Shown: in pieces, positions 37,034-47,171 of the stretch | Position numbering within the stretch: the first letter of the stretch is position 1 | How the letters are laid out: each line of letters opens with the position of its first letter | Translations under genes and position numbers: made by a program | Notes under the pieces: generated by a model | The model's database searches: none | Seen by the model: the letters and a program-made list of their open reading frames with translations, nothing else | What the model was told of the DNA's origin: nothing | Assembly (NCBI GenBank): GCA_964448115.1 | Contig: CAYUVA010000001.1 | Coordinates: 124,001-177,279 of the forward strand | Direction of reading: 5' to 3' | Source: an uncultured bacterium | Lineage (GTDB): Bacteria > CAYUVA01 | Length of the DNA stretch: 53,279 nt

Positions 37034-37760
37034 CGAGCATCCCCAGCCTTCGCTTCACTCTTTCTATCTTGAGCCTAAAGATGGTGATGAAGGCGTTGAC
37101 GATCTCGCTGCGGGATATCTTTGATAGTCCCTGTACTCGTGCTACATACTCGATCGGCGACTCTACGATCTCGAATCCCGCCTCCTGACAGCGGTAGAGT
37201 ATCTCGACCAGGAAAGAATATCCATTGGAGAATATACTTTTAAGGTCGATACTCCTGAGCACCTGGGCGCGGTATGCCCTGTACCCGGAGGTGCAGTCGA
37301 GCGCATAAAGGTGCAACATCCGCTTGGCGAACAGGTTGGCTCCCTTGCTGATAAATCGGCGATGCCAGGGGAAGTTCACGGTTGCACCCTCGTTGGTGTA
37401 TCTTGAACCGATGACCACATCCGCCGTGCGCGCAGCCGCTATGATCTTGGGCAGATGTCTTGGTTGGTGCGAGAAGTCAGCATCCATGGTCAGAATTATA
37501 CAGGCATCATTATCGAGTGCGTAATTGAAGCCTGCGATATGGGCGGTTCCGAGTCCTAGCTTGGCTGGTCGATGGATGGGGCGTATGCTGGGATGTTGTC
37601 TGCTCATGGCATCGAGCAGATCTCCGGTGCCATCGGGGGAGTTGTCATCGACCACCACGATTTGAATACCGGGAACTGCATCAAGTATCTCAAGGCAGAG
37701 TTTCTCGATATTATCCCGCTCATTGTAAGTCGGGATGACCAGGAATACGGATTCTTGCAT
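37023..37760 (-). CDS. Polyprenol monophosphomannose synthase-like GT2
   Basis: IPTYNERDNI, VDDNSPDGTG, KLGLGTAH, MDADFSH, DCTSGYR. Confidence 0.92.
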   Translation of the reverse strand: MQESVFLVIPTYNERDNIEKLCLEILDAVPGIQIVVVDDNSPDGTGDLLDAMSRQHPSIRPIHRPAKLGLGTAHIAGFNYALDNDACIILTMDADFSHQPRHLPKIIAAARTADVVIGSRYTNEGATVNFPWHRRFISKGANLFAKRMLHLYALDCTSGYRAYRAQVLRSIDLKSIFSNGYSFLVEILYRCQEAGFEIVESPIEYVARVQGLSKISRSEIVNAFITIFRLKIERVKRRLGMLDVS

Positions 37761-39661
37761 TACTTGTTCTTTTTATTGGGGCGTATAATGAGGTCCTTGC
37801 CGTCGGTAATCGCTTCCTTAGGTGGTTTGACTGGACCACCGGTAAGCTCTTCGAGGTTCTTGATGGCGGTCTCGTTGGATGGATCGAGCATCAGGGTTCT
37901 ATAATATTGCTTCTCGGCTTCCTTGAAGTTACCCTGCTTCCTATTGATGTCACCGAGAATGATGTAATAATGCGGGTTCTGCGGTTCGAGATCGATTGCC
38001 TTCTGGCAGTTTTGCTTGGCTTTTTCATACAATCGCGGATTCTTCATCTGTGCCTCGGCTAGCCTGGCATAGTAAAGACTCTCATAAGGGTAAAGATCTA
38101 TTGCCGACTGGAAGAACTCGATGGCTCGGTTATAGTCTCGCTTCTGAAAGCAGCGATTGCCGATGGAGTACTGCAATTTCGCCTTGCTAAGCAGCCGTTT
38201 TTGTGTTTTGCTCTCCGCGGTCTCCCCCTTGAAGCCCATCTGCACATCATAATCATCTCGTTTCTTGGGATTGCTAAGGGTGCTATATGCTTCCTGGATG
38301 CGGCTGAAGATCTCGTTAACCTTGGGGAGAAGCTCCTTGAACAACTGGTCTGAGAACGCATCGGGGTGGAATTCCCTGGCTAGCTTGTTAAACTGCCTTT
38401 TAAGCTCTCCGGGTGAGGCGTTGTGGTTGGTCTCAAGCATCTGGTAGAGATTATCGCTCTTCAGGGCGCGAGCCTTCTTGAGCACCCTTTCGATGCGCTC
38501 CTGATCCTCCTCGGAGATCTCTACGCTGGTGCGAAAGGAGATGCTATCGGTATCCTGAGCCGGGATGGTCTTGGGGTGTCGAAGAGTGATAAGCCCCAGC
38601 TCCAATAGCCGGTAGATGATCATGGTGATCTGCCCTTTTTTAAGCCCGGAGGTGGCTACCAGTTGGCTGAGGTTGATGAAGCCATCGATGCGGGAGAGGA
38701 TGAAACCGGCATTGGTGTCCAGGCTTTCCTTCTGGAACTCGCCGCTTTTAACCTTTGTTGTTACCTCGGGCACGCTCTTCATCGATTTGAGCTTATTTTT
38801 TATGTCTGCCAGTAAAGAATTGGTATATTCCTTCTCTAGCTGCTTAGCCTCCTCGTGATCCGGATTCTGCTCCAGTGCTTCCTTGATCTTCTCCACAGCC
38901 TGGTAGTATTTGCCCAGCTTGAAGGCTTCCTTGGCTTGCTGAACGAGGTCATCCTTCCCGGTAAATGAGATTATGCCTTTGTTATGCGTCTCGGACAGGA
39001 TCTCGCAGGTTCGCAACAGATCATTTAAGCTTGCCCGGTTTACTTCTTTTATGTTTTTCTTTCCGTTGACCTTGCTCAAAACGAACTGCTGTTCGGTGGG
39101 TAGCTCCAGGATCTGTGCTCTTATCTTGGGCGTCAGGTTGATGCGCGGGGTTAGCTCCAGGCTCGGGACCTGTTGCCTTACACGCTCCCAGCGCTGTTTT
39201 CTTTTGTTGCAGATCTGTAGCACCTTGTCGATGGAGAATGATAAGGGAACGAAGCCCTTGCTGGGGAGCTGGTTGAGATAAAAAACGAATTCCCCCTCGG
39301 TCAGATCGAGTATATTGAGGATGATATCCCTGGCATGGTACTTCATCAGGGCAGCCATTTCATCCATGGTGAGCTTGTCCTTATCAACCAGGATCTTGGC
39401 AAGGTTCTTTCCTTTGCTATTGGCTTCCTTGATTATCTTTTTGAATTCCTTGACGGTTAGTTTTCCTTTACGCACCAGGTAGGGACCGAGTTGTTCACTG
39501 GGATCTTTTGAGTAGGCGTGGATAATCCTGCCATCTTTGAAAAAGAGGAATCGAGAGGAGCCATTGGAGTTGATGCTCAGGGTGCCGGTGATCGACTTGG
39601 ACTGCACCCATTCGAGTATCCTTGGTAGTCCGATCTTTTCCAGTTGACCCCGTTTTGCCAT
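37760..39661 (-). CDS. DUF4388 + TPR + DnaJ (J-domain) + TPR protein
   Basis: N-terminal GxL..L..IL...TGTL...LFFKDGRI..A (DUF4388); J domain LAREFHPD...IQEAYSTLSNPKKRDDYD; TPR repeats. Confidence 0.88.
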   Translation of the reverse strand: MAKRGQLEKIGLPRILEWVQSKSITGTLSINSNGSSRFLFFKDGRIIHAYSKDPSEQLGPYLVRKGKLTVKEFKKIIKEANSKGKNLAKILVDKDKLTMDEMAALMKYHARDIILNILDLTEGEFVFYLNQLPSKGFVPLSFSIDKVLQICNKRKQRWERVRQQVPSLELTPRINLTPKIRAQILELPTEQQFVLSKVNGKKNIKEVNRASLNDLLRTCEILSETHNKGIISFTGKDDLVQQAKEAFKLGKYYQAVEKIKEALEQNPDHEEAKQLEKEYTNSLLADIKNKLKSMKSVPEVTTKVKSGEFQKESLDTNAGFILSRIDGFINLSQLVATSGLKKGQITMIIYRLLELGLITLRHPKTIPAQDTDSISFRTSVEISEEDQERIERVLKKARALKSDNLYQMLETNHNASPGELKRQFNKLAREFHPDAFSDQLFKELLPKVNEIFSRIQEAYSTLSNPKKRDDYDVQMGFKGETAESKTQKRLLSKAKLQYSIGNRCFQKRDYNRAIEFFQSAIDLYPYESLYYARLAEAQMKNPRLYEKAKQNCQKAIDLEPQNPHYYIILGDINRKQGNFKEAEKQYYRTLMLDPSNETAIKNLEELTGGPVKPPKEAITDGKDLIIRPNKKNK

Positions 39662-39707
39662 AAATTCCCGCCTTCCTGCGGCATGGTGAGCGCCTATGCA
39701 ATCAATT

Positions 39708-39737
39708 ATTATATTGTCTTATCACTTGCCATGTCAA
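39708..39737 (-). promoter_or_regulatory. sigma70 promoter for the DUF4388/J-GT2-AlkP operon
   Basis: Consensus TTGACA-18 nt-TATAAT. Confidence 0.6.
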
Positions 39738-39870
39738 ACAAGAAAATCAGCCTTTATATGTGAAGGATCACCGAGCTTTTTTAGTGGCATGGACGATAGA
39801 ACTCGCCAAAACATTAGGCTTGTGAGCGATTTTTTGCCTTACCTCACCGTTGAGGACTGAAGGTTGTTTT

Positions 39871-41793
39871 TCAAATTCTACCCCCGGCTCCTCTTGCCCC
39901 TAAGATCAAATAATCCCCTGATGCGAATAGAATAGTGCATCTATGGCTCGATGAGAGGCATGCAGAACCAGCGATAGCATAGGGTTTAGCTTCGGATGAC
40001 AGCCATTCATCTAGCGTTGATGGCGTGCTAAGCAAGATGCTATCGGTCTCTTGCGACCTTGCTGACTCGAAGATGGCAACCCTGATGATATATTCTTGGA
40101 TCGGGTAAGGCAAAACTATATCGACAAGATCGCTATCCAGGTTCAGCGATGCCCATTCTGCGACCGCTATTAGGTCATCGTCTATAACCGGGGCGCGCCG
40201 GTAATCCCACCGAACCAGCCAGTTGATAGACAAAATGATGGCAATGATGGTGATAAGTGCCTTGGCGATATCGAAGCCATGTACGGGCTTGCTTGTTTCA
40301 CCGAAGATAAAATCGAGCAATGAAAAAAAGAAGACAGCTATCGAGACAATGCCTAAAAATAGTATCATGAATATAAACTTGGTGGCTACATAGACTGAAA
40401 AAAGCCCAAACCAGCGGTGGCACGCAAAGATCGATAGAGAGATTGCCATGGTTGTAAAAATCGGCAACAGAACCCACCAGCATCCCCTTTTTTTACTGTA
40501 TCCAAGTAATAATACACCAATGAAAAACGGTACTATAAACCAGTGCTCGTCCATGTTCTTCCAATTGAAGGCTATTATAGCGCCCTCATGGCTGAGTATC
40601 CCCTTGGCTATGGCGGCACGGCTCGCTAAATGGGTCTTGATGGAGAAAAAAAGGGGGGCTAGGATGATCATTAGGCATGTTATTCTTCCTGCGAGCTTAA
40701 CCTTCTTTAAGCTCAGAATCACTACAAAAATTGATACCGCGCCGATTAAAAGCCAATGTGGATAAATAAAGGTGGTGCCAAGTGTCAAGATGGAGATGCA
40801 TATTATCCAGAATCCAATATTGCCTGATTTATCGAGCTTGATAAGACAGATAACTATGCACAATAGCAATAGGATGCAAAGGATCATGGAAAAATAAAAA
40901 CTATGAAAGCTGAGGCTCATAATAAAGGGACTCTCCAGCAAGGCAAAAATGCCGAGCAACCCGCTGATATCAACCAGGGGGCTTTTGGGCAGAATCGACC
41001 TGCACAGTGCGAACCCCGCCATGCAGCTTAAGTATATGGAAAGGAAAAATACGATAGATAAAGCTAGAAAACTGGATATGCCGAGGCTCCTCGACAATAT
41101 GGCCGTGATGACATGTGCGCCCCAGGAATAATGGTTCATCTCCCCTAGATGCGGCTGGTAGCTGGAGACTAGCTTACCGTTTTTAGCGATGTAATCGACC
41201 AGGGCATAGTGATGAACCAGGTCGGAGCTACGATTTATCGGATAAGGCGTAAAATACCCCGGCATCAACAGGTAGCCGAAAACTAGAAGGATGATAATCA
41301 GAAAAATTATAATGTCATATAGGCTTATAAAAATGGATGGAAAGCTGATTAACCTTAGCATTCGTAGGATCAATAGCAGCACCAGGAAAGACATTAAGCA
41401 AGTTAGGTAAAGCCTGCTTAGATGGGGCGAACCGAAATAATCGAGCATGAAAGTGATGATGCAAAAAATGGACGATAACAAGGCGATGAACAGGCTACTT
41501 AAAGAAAAGATATCCAGGTTATCTTTTTGTTCTCCAGTCGCTTGCTTTATGCGCAGGATGCCCAGTAATCGCTTTGCAGCTTGCTTCAGCCTCACAACCG
41601 ACAAATCGCCCATGCGATGAAGCAACAATAGAAACAGCAATAGTGCTAATGGGGACTTCAGATGAGTGATCGATATGCTTAGCGGTCCCAGTCTATGCTG
41701 AAACGGAAGCCGATAGAGCAAGTAGGCAATGAAAATCGTGTAACCAAAAAGCAGCCCCTTGAACCATTTGCTCCTGAAGATACCTATAACCAT
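39871..41793 (-). CDS. Polytopic membrane protein, possibly GT-C fold
   Basis: More than 12 TM segments; SDLVHHYAL loop and YSWGAH motif reminiscent of GT-C-like proteins; soluble C-terminal domain. Confidence 0.6.
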   Translation of the reverse strand: MVIGIFRSKWFKGLLFGYTIFIAYLLYRLPFQHRLGPLSISITHLKSPLALLLFLLLLHRMGDLSVVRLKQAAKRLLGILRIKQATGEQKDNLDIFSLSSLFIALLSSIFCIITFMLDYFGSPHLSRLYLTCLMSFLVLLLILRMLRLISFPSIFISLYDIIIFLIIILLVFGYLLMPGYFTPYPINRSSDLVHHYALVDYIAKNGKLVSSYQPHLGEMNHYSWGAHVITAILSRSLGISSFLALSIVFFLSIYLSCMAGFALCRSILPKSPLVDISGLLGIFALLESPFIMSLSFHSFYFSMILCILLLLCIVICLIKLDKSGNIGFWIICISILTLGTTFIYPHWLLIGAVSIFVVILSLKKVKLAGRITCLMIILAPLFFSIKTHLASRAAIAKGILSHEGAIIAFNWKNMDEHWFIVPFFIGVLLLGYSKKRGCWWVLLPIFTTMAISLSIFACHRWFGLFSVYVATKFIFMILFLGIVSIAVFFFSLLDFIFGETSKPVHGFDIAKALITIIAIILSINWLVRWDYRRAPVIDDDLIAVAEWASLNLDSDLVDIVLPYPIQEYIIRVAIFESARSQETDSILLSTPSTLDEWLSSEAKPYAIAGSACLSSSHRCTILFASGDYLILGARGAGGRI

Positions 41794-41802
41794 TATCTCC
41801 CT

Positions 41803-42012
41803 TTAACTACCATCGCTATTTTCGGTGGCCTGCCCTTTGTTTGTAAGGCTGGCATTTACCTCCACACCCACGCTGTTATCCTTTGCAGGGCATAGGTAAC
41901 CTGAGGCAATGATGACTGACAACAGGATAAGCATTACCGATAGTCTTCTTGCAGCTAGCTCCTTGCTATGCTTCATTATTTTTCTCATGCTTAAGTAACT
42001 AATTTTGTTCAT
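41803..42012 (-). CDS. Small hypothetical single-TM/exported protein
   Basis: Fills the gap with 9-10 bp spacing to both neighbours; one hydrophobic segment. Confidence 0.45.
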   Translation of the reverse strand: MNKISYLSMRKIMKHSKELAARRLSVMLILLSVIIASGYLCPAKDNSVGVEVNASLTNKGQATENSDGS

Positions 42013-42022
42013 GTTTTATACT

Positions 42023-43228
42023 TCATTTCTTATTCTGTATTCCTATAAGATAAATATAGGTAACCGCCCAGTTGGAAAGCACGGTGACGATCCCGAAGAT
42101 CACATTTCCTATGCTCATCAACGCCCAGCCGGACATGATATTGCCTACAACGCATCCCTTCGCAATGGCTGCACCTGCCCCAACTAGGAAGCCACCTAAT
42201 ATTGCGACCAGGATCTCATCCGGTGGTTTTTGCAATAGCCGGGCATTACCTGTTAACATTCCGGATGCGAACGCTCCGAGCATTAGGTTTATAACTAGCA
42301 AGACCAGCCATAAAACGATCTTCTTTCCCTTGGTGCCTGGAACGGCTTCGGATTGTAGTTCCTGTTTTACCATCCCCACATCTTCCTTTTGATAGATAAA
42401 CTTGCTCGGCTGATCAGTAAAGAGATTCTGAATCTGGAGCACTCCATGTGTAACCCCAAGGGGATAGTTTCTTCCGCTGTTAGCCGAGGAAACATAAGCG
42501 AAAAGAGCCAATATACCAATAGCAACGCCCGTATGCCAGGGCTTCCAGGGCTTAAATAGGATGCGGGTCATCAAAGCATCATTAGATTTGGGATGCTTGT
42601 TGCTCCTGGCTGACCTTCGAAGGTGTCGTATTCCCCATATCAGGGTAACCAGTGCGAAGACAACCGCAAGCCATCTATAAGGTATCCCAGTAATTGCCGG
42701 CAGACTAACCGCATCGCCGCCCGGCATTGAAACCTTGTATGACATTAGTTTTTCAACCCAACCGCTTATGGGACCGTATTCTACAAAGCTAATACCGACC
42801 GGCATGGTTAAAATAGCCACTATGGAGTTAAGATTGCCGGTGGCAGCCTTGAATAAGCAGCCGCTGATACATCCACCGGCTAAAACGGTCCCTGCACCGA
42901 AGATTATTCCACCAACCAGGTATGCCCCCCACACTAACGGCTTTGGGTTTAGTTTTATCCATCCCATGGCTTCTCCAAGCGCAAAGCTAAACATTGATAC
43001 TACAATTAGAACCCATAAACCTGCTACCTTGCGCTTGTCCCTCATCAGGATCACCTCGCTGAAGGCTGATGATCCGCATAGATCTCCCTTTTGAAGGAAA
43101 AAACCGAACAGAAAACCGATTGGTGCAGCGGTAATCACCCATAGCCTGGTCAGATAGCTTACCGCCAGGCAGATGACAATATAAACTAGCCCTCCCATGG
43201 CGAAAAGCCATCGTTTCCTAATAGTCAT
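42023..43228 (-). CDS. YeeE/YedE family sulfur-compound (thiosulfate-type) transporter
   Basis: GFFLQKGDLC, FGAGTVLAGGCISG and GAAIAKGCVVG conserved Cys loops; GGAG RBS. Confidence 0.9.
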   Translation of the reverse strand: MTIRKRWLFAMGGLVYIVICLAVSYLTRLWVITAAPIGFLFGFFLQKGDLCGSSAFSEVILMRDKRKVAGLWVLIVVSMFSFALGEAMGWIKLNPKPLVWGAYLVGGIIFGAGTVLAGGCISGCLFKAATGNLNSIVAILTMPVGISFVEYGPISGWVEKLMSYKVSMPGGDAVSLPAITGIPYRWLAVVFALVTLIWGIRHLRRSARSNKHPKSNDALMTRILFKPWKPWHTGVAIGILALFAYVSSANSGRNYPLGVTHGVLQIQNLFTDQPSKFIYQKEDVGMVKQELQSEAVPGTKGKKIVLWLVLLVINLMLGAFASGMLTGNARLLQKPPDEILVAILGGFLVGAGAAIAKGCVVGNIMSGWALMSIGNVIFGIVTVLSNWAVTYIYLIGIQNKK

Positions 43229-43254
43229 AACTAAAGCTCCTTTATTCCAGCCGC

Positions 43255-43497
43255 TTATTCTTCAAGTAGTTTCTTTATCTGTTCAGTGCTAAGAACCTTG
43301 CCTGTGCTTTTCACCTGCCCGTTGATTACCAAGGCGGGCGTCATCATTATTCCCCGGGCGGTTATCTGTTGAATTTCCTTGATCTTCTCAAGCTCGATGT
43401 CATCCCTGTTCAGCTCTTTAACCGCCGCTTGTGCATTAGCAAGCAGTTTCTTACACTTGGGGCATCCTACACCCAAAACTTCAACCTTTAGGCTCAT
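43255..43497 (-). CDS. Small redox-active disulfide protein (MTH895-type thioredoxin family); true start ATG 43497
   Basis: MSLKVEVLGVGCPKCKKL...GIMMTPALVING; GAGGAG RBS upstream. The longer track ORF overlaps the permease. Confidence 0.92.
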   Translation of the reverse strand: MSLKVEVLGVGCPKCKKLLANAQAAVKELNRDDIELEKIKEIQQITARGIMMTPALVINGQVKSTGKVLSTEQIKKLLEE

Positions 43498-43523
43498 TTT
43501 TTTCCATCTCCTCGAATAGTTGT

Positions 43524-44825
43524 TTACATATTTCCATATATCAAGCCGGCAAGAGTCGATAAGACAATTACCAGCAGCATGAATATAACTGTCTTTTTTG
43601 TGCCTAAAACGCTTCTTATGACCAGCATATTGGGGAGTGAGACAGCCGGTCCTGCTAGTAGCAGCGCCAGGGCTGGTCCCTTGCCCATCCCGGCTCCTAT
43701 AAGCCCCTGCAAGATGGGGATCTCGGTCAATGTCGCAAAGTACATGAAGGCACCGATGACCGAAGCGAAAAGATTGGCTGCCAGCGAGTTTCCCCCCACC
43801 AATCCAGAAACCCAACTGGATGGAATGAGACCCTCCTGCCCGGGGCGTCCGAGCAGCAGCCCGGCAACTAAGACGCCAGCAAATAGCAGCGGCAGGATCT
43901 GGCGAGCAAAGTCCCACGAAGCCCCCAGCCACTCGCCACCCTCACCTTGAGCATGGCTTAGTATGATGGAGGAGGCGATAAATGCAATCGAAAACGGTAT
44001 CATCGGCTGCTGGGGGGCAAGCACCGATGCTACTATTACAGCAAGACCCGCCAGCGACAGCTTCCACCAGGCAATCTTGAGCCATAAGAAGAGAAATAAG
44101 CCGAGCGCTGCACCGGCGATGGCCGTGATACTCCACTTTGCGGCATAGATCGCTGCCCACAAGCCGGCATCGCCCTGCGGCTTGCCCCAGTTGGCGAAGA
44201 CTAAAATGGCGATAAGTGCTGCAAAATACAGGATATTCTGCCACAAGGGTCGAGAAACCTCAGCCACAACTGCCATTTCTTGCGCATCAGCTCTTTGTTC
44301 TTGTTCTTTCCTGAATAATATGCTCATGCAAAGACCGATCACGATGCTGAAAGCAATAGCTCCGATCGCCCTTGCTGCGCCGATCTCCAATCCGAGTATC
44401 CTTGCGGTCAGTATTATAGCAAGCACATTTATTGCAGGTCCGGAGTATAGAAATGTCGATGCGGGTCCCAAGCCTGCTCCCATGCGATAAATGCCTGAAA
44501 ATAAAGGCAATATCGTGCATGAGCAGACAGCTAGCACCGAGCCGGATACCGAGGCTACGCTATAGGCGATCAACTTGTTCGCCCGGGCACCGAGGTACTT
44601 CATAACCGACGCCTGGCTCAGAAAAACCGCGATAGCACCAGCGATGAAAAAGGCAGGGATAAGGCAGAGAATAACATGCTCACGGGCATACCACTTGACC
44701 AGGTGAAACGCCTCCATAAGCGCCGAGTCGAAGCGTTCCATGCCCACAGGCAAATAAAAACAGGCGATGAAAATTACTACATAAAGCGCCAGTCGTTTCC
44801 ATTCATCCTTCCAGTCGATCATCAT
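43524..44825 (-). CDS. ArsP/DUF318 family permease
   Basis: LAVCSCTILPLF, FLYSGPAIN, MYFATLTEIP, LLAGPAVSLP. Confidence 0.92.
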   Translation of the reverse strand: MMIDWKDEWKRLALYVVIFIACFYLPVGMERFDSALMEAFHLVKWYAREHVILCLIPAFFIAGAIAVFLSQASVMKYLGARANKLIAYSVASVSGSVLAVCSCTILPLFSGIYRMGAGLGPASTFLYSGPAINVLAIILTARILGLEIGAARAIGAIAFSIVIGLCMSILFRKEQEQRADAQEMAVVAEVSRPLWQNILYFAALIAILVFANWGKPQGDAGLWAAIYAAKWSITAIAGAALGLFLFLWLKIAWWKLSLAGLAVIVASVLAPQQPMIPFSIAFIASSIILSHAQGEGGEWLGASWDFARQILPLLFAGVLVAGLLLGRPGQEGLIPSSWVSGLVGGNSLAANLFASVIGAFMYFATLTEIPILQGLIGAGMGKGPALALLLAGPAVSLPNMLVIRSVLGTKKTVIFMLLVIVLSTLAGLIYGNM

Positions 44826-45166
44826 GAGCAGGATCCTCCTTTAATCGGGCTAGATAGCTGAAGCTGCTCTTGTGCCTTTAAGCGCAGGGTTTCCTCAACG
44901 CAACTGAATATCCTTAGCAGGCACGGAGCCTTGAGGCCATAATAGATATTTGAGCCTCTGCGATCGGCTTCAATGATGCCCACTGATGATAGAGCTGAAA
45001 GGTGCCTAGATACAGTGGACATATCGGCTCCGATCATCTCGGTAAGCTCGCAGACGCATCGTTCACCCTTGGCAAGCTCATCAATAATGAAGAGTCGGGT
45101 CGGATGCGCCAGAGCCTTTATTATCTTTGCCCTTGCCTGGTACTTCGCCCTGGTCTTGCTTTCCAT
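44822..45166 (-). CDS. ArsR/SmtB family transcriptional repressor
   Basis: KALAHPTRL, ERCVCEL alpha3 Cys site, STVSRHLS. Confidence 0.95.
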   Translation of the reverse strand: MESKTRAKYQARAKIIKALAHPTRLFIIDELAKGERCVCELTEMIGADMSTVSRHLSALSSVGIIEADRRGSNIYYGLKAPCLLRIFSCVEETLRLKAQEQLQLSSPIKGGSCS

Positions 45167-45178
45167 TCAATGCACTCC

Positions 45179-45226
45179 CAAATAATGTTCATTTGGCAAT
45201 ATAGCCAAATGAACATTATTTGTCAA
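45179..45226 (-). promoter_or_regulatory. ArsR operator (19-6-19 inverted repeat) overlapping a sigma70 promoter
   Basis: CAAATAATGTTCATTTGGC-AATATA-GCCAAATGAACATTATTTG at 45179-45222. Minus-strand TTGACA (45221-45226)-17 nt-TATATT (45198-45203). Confidence 0.85.
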
Positions 45227-45329
45227 CAGGAAAACCAGTATCATATTCTCATCAGATACCAGTGCTGATTGATTGAACTATGGAGATCTATTATAGTTCT
45301 TCAAACAGGAAAACTTGGGAGAGAACGAA

Positions 45330-47171
45330 ATGTGGCGATTTTGCTATCCGATTTGTCTTATCCTGCTTTGCATATCGATTGCCTGTGTTGGTTCAGCATT
45401 CGGTGGTGCTCTCGACTGCAACAATGCCATCGAGCTGATAAACGGAGCACCCTATACCAATTCCACTTCCATTGGTGCATCTAATGTAGCCGGCTATTCG
45501 TGTATCGGCTGGAACGAGCCGGGCAACGAGGTGGTGCATTACATCGAAATCACTGCTGATTCGAGCCTATTTGTCAACCTTCAGTTCACCAATCCGAGCG
45601 CTGACCTCGATATATTCTTGCTATCTGAGTGTGATGAGCAATCCTGCCTTCGTTTCGGGGATAACTTCTTATTTTATTCATCAGCATCGCCCGCCACCTA
45701 CTACATTGTAGTCGATAGCTTCAAGACAGTCATCACAGATTACACCGTAACCGCATATATTTATCAACATACCCCGACTCCGACCGGCACGCCGGGCACA
45801 GCCCTGGATTGCTCTGAGCCTATAGCTATGATCTGCGGTGTTCCTTATAATGGTAGCACCATCGAGGCACCTTCCCAGGTACACGGTTATAACTGCATTA
45901 CATATCCGCAGGGCGGTCCGGAGGTAGTACACAGCGTCAATATTTATAATCAGGCTAGCCTGACTGCCCGTTTGTCCAATGTAACCATGTTTGAGAACCT
46001 TGATGTATTCATCCTTGATGCCTGCAATGAAAACGCCTGTCTCGCCTTCGGAGATGGCACCGCCGAAGTGCTCAATGCGCCACCGGGTCTATATTATATT
46101 ATTGTCGATGGCAGGAATGATGCACTCGGTGAATATACCTTGACCCTAAGCTGTGGCAGCCAGCCAACGCCGACCTATACCCCATTTTACTCTCCAAGCC
46201 CGACAGGCACTCCACCCCCAAGTGCAACCCCCACCTACCCGGCAACCGCAACTCCGACCTCCACCCCTGACCATCAGCCCCCTAATGCACCACGCAATCT
46301 TACCATTGAAGTCTTTAAACCAGGGATGGTGCTCGAATGGTACGATAACCCAGAGGAGGATCTGGATGGATACAATATCTATCGAGCGCAAGATAATTAC
46401 CAGGATCTCAATGTTATCTACTGGCGGCATAAGGTATCTCATTTTGAGGACTACACGGTTAGACTAGATACTCGATATTATTATGCAGTGAGTGCGATCG
46501 ATATATGGGGCAATGAGAGCGAGCTTTCCAATATCGTCTCCGGGATGATAGACGGCACTCCCCCCCAGGCGCCGACCGGCTTGCAGGCATACTACCAGAA
46601 CAAGGCTATCTATGTAAGCTGGAATCCAAATCAAGAGGATGACCTGCTTGGATATTATCTTTATCGCAGCTTCGAGGATGGCGGTGCCTTCAGCAAGGTA
46701 ACCGGCATGCTGCCCAATCCATCTTACAGGGATACCAGCTTCCTGCCCGACTCAATCTATTATTACAGGGTTACTGCCCTCGATTTCAACGAGAACGAGA
46801 GCGATCCATCCGAGGTGGTCTCGGTGATAACCGATATGGCCGCCCCGCGTATATACATAGCCGGCTACTGGGATACCTACATCGGCAGTGCGGTCGGTGG
46901 AGAGCTAAAAATGTACGCTTATGTGGTGGAGCCACCTCAGGTTCATCCGGTTGGACCGATAAGAACCGAGATATACTACCAGGGTGCCCCAACTGGAGTT
47001 TTACTGCGCGATGACGGCACACAAGGAGACGGGGCTGAAGGGGATGGAGTTTATACCCTGAGGACTTATGTACCGCCAGGGGCACCAGGGGGACAAATAG
47101 AGCTGGAGATCGTATCGATTGATGGCAACGGCAATCATAGCGATCCCTGGCCAGCCCTGACCATACATTGA
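45330..47171 (+). CDS. Secreted modular protein: two Cys-rich PPC-like domains, Thr/Pro linker, two FN3, shared C-terminal domain (ATG 45330 preferred)
   Basis: Signal peptide; duplicated ALDC...EVVH...LDxFxL..C.E..CL.FGD...YYIxVD unit; FN3 YYYxVxAxD..NES; C-terminal LRDDGTQGDGAEGDGVYT...WPALTIH. Confidence 0.88.
   Translation: MWRFCYPICLILLCISIACVGSAFGGALDCNNAIELINGAPYTNSTSIGASNVAGYSCIGWNEPGNEVVHYIEITADSSLFVNLQFTNPSADLDIFLLSECDEQSCLRFGDNFLFYSSASPATYYIVVDSFKTVITDYTVTAYIYQHTPTPTGTPGTALDCSEPIAMICGVPYNGSTIEAPSQVHGYNCITYPQGGPEVVHSVNIYNQASLTARLSNVTMFENLDVFILDACNENACLAFGDGTAEVLNAPPGLYYIIVDGRNDALGEYTLTLSCGSQPTPTYTPFYSPSPTGTPPPSATPTYPATATPTSTPDHQPPNAPRNLTIEVFKPGMVLEWYDNPEEDLDGYNIYRAQDNYQDLNVIYWRHKVSHFEDYTVRLDTRYYYAVSAIDIWGNESELSNIVSGMIDGTPPQAPTGLQAYYQNKAIYVSWNPNQEDDLLGYYLYRSFEDGGAFSKVTGMLPNPSYRDTSFLPDSIYYYRVTALDFNENESDPSEVVSVITDMAAPRIYIAGYWDTYIGSAVGGELKMYAYVVEPPQVHPVGPIRTEIYYQGAPTGVLLRDDGTQGDGAEGDGVYTLRTYVPPGAPGGQIELEIVSIDGNGNHSDPWPALTIH

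Noticed and set aside
43255-43932. 225-aa ORF from the track
   Set aside because: Its first ~145 codons overlap the permease in another frame; the real gene starts at 43497 with a good RBS.
42023-45166. Selenocysteine recoding in the ArsR/thioredoxin/YeeE operon
   Set aside because: Conserved Cys positions use Cys codons and the ORFs are full length; the arsR TGA is an ATGA overlap.
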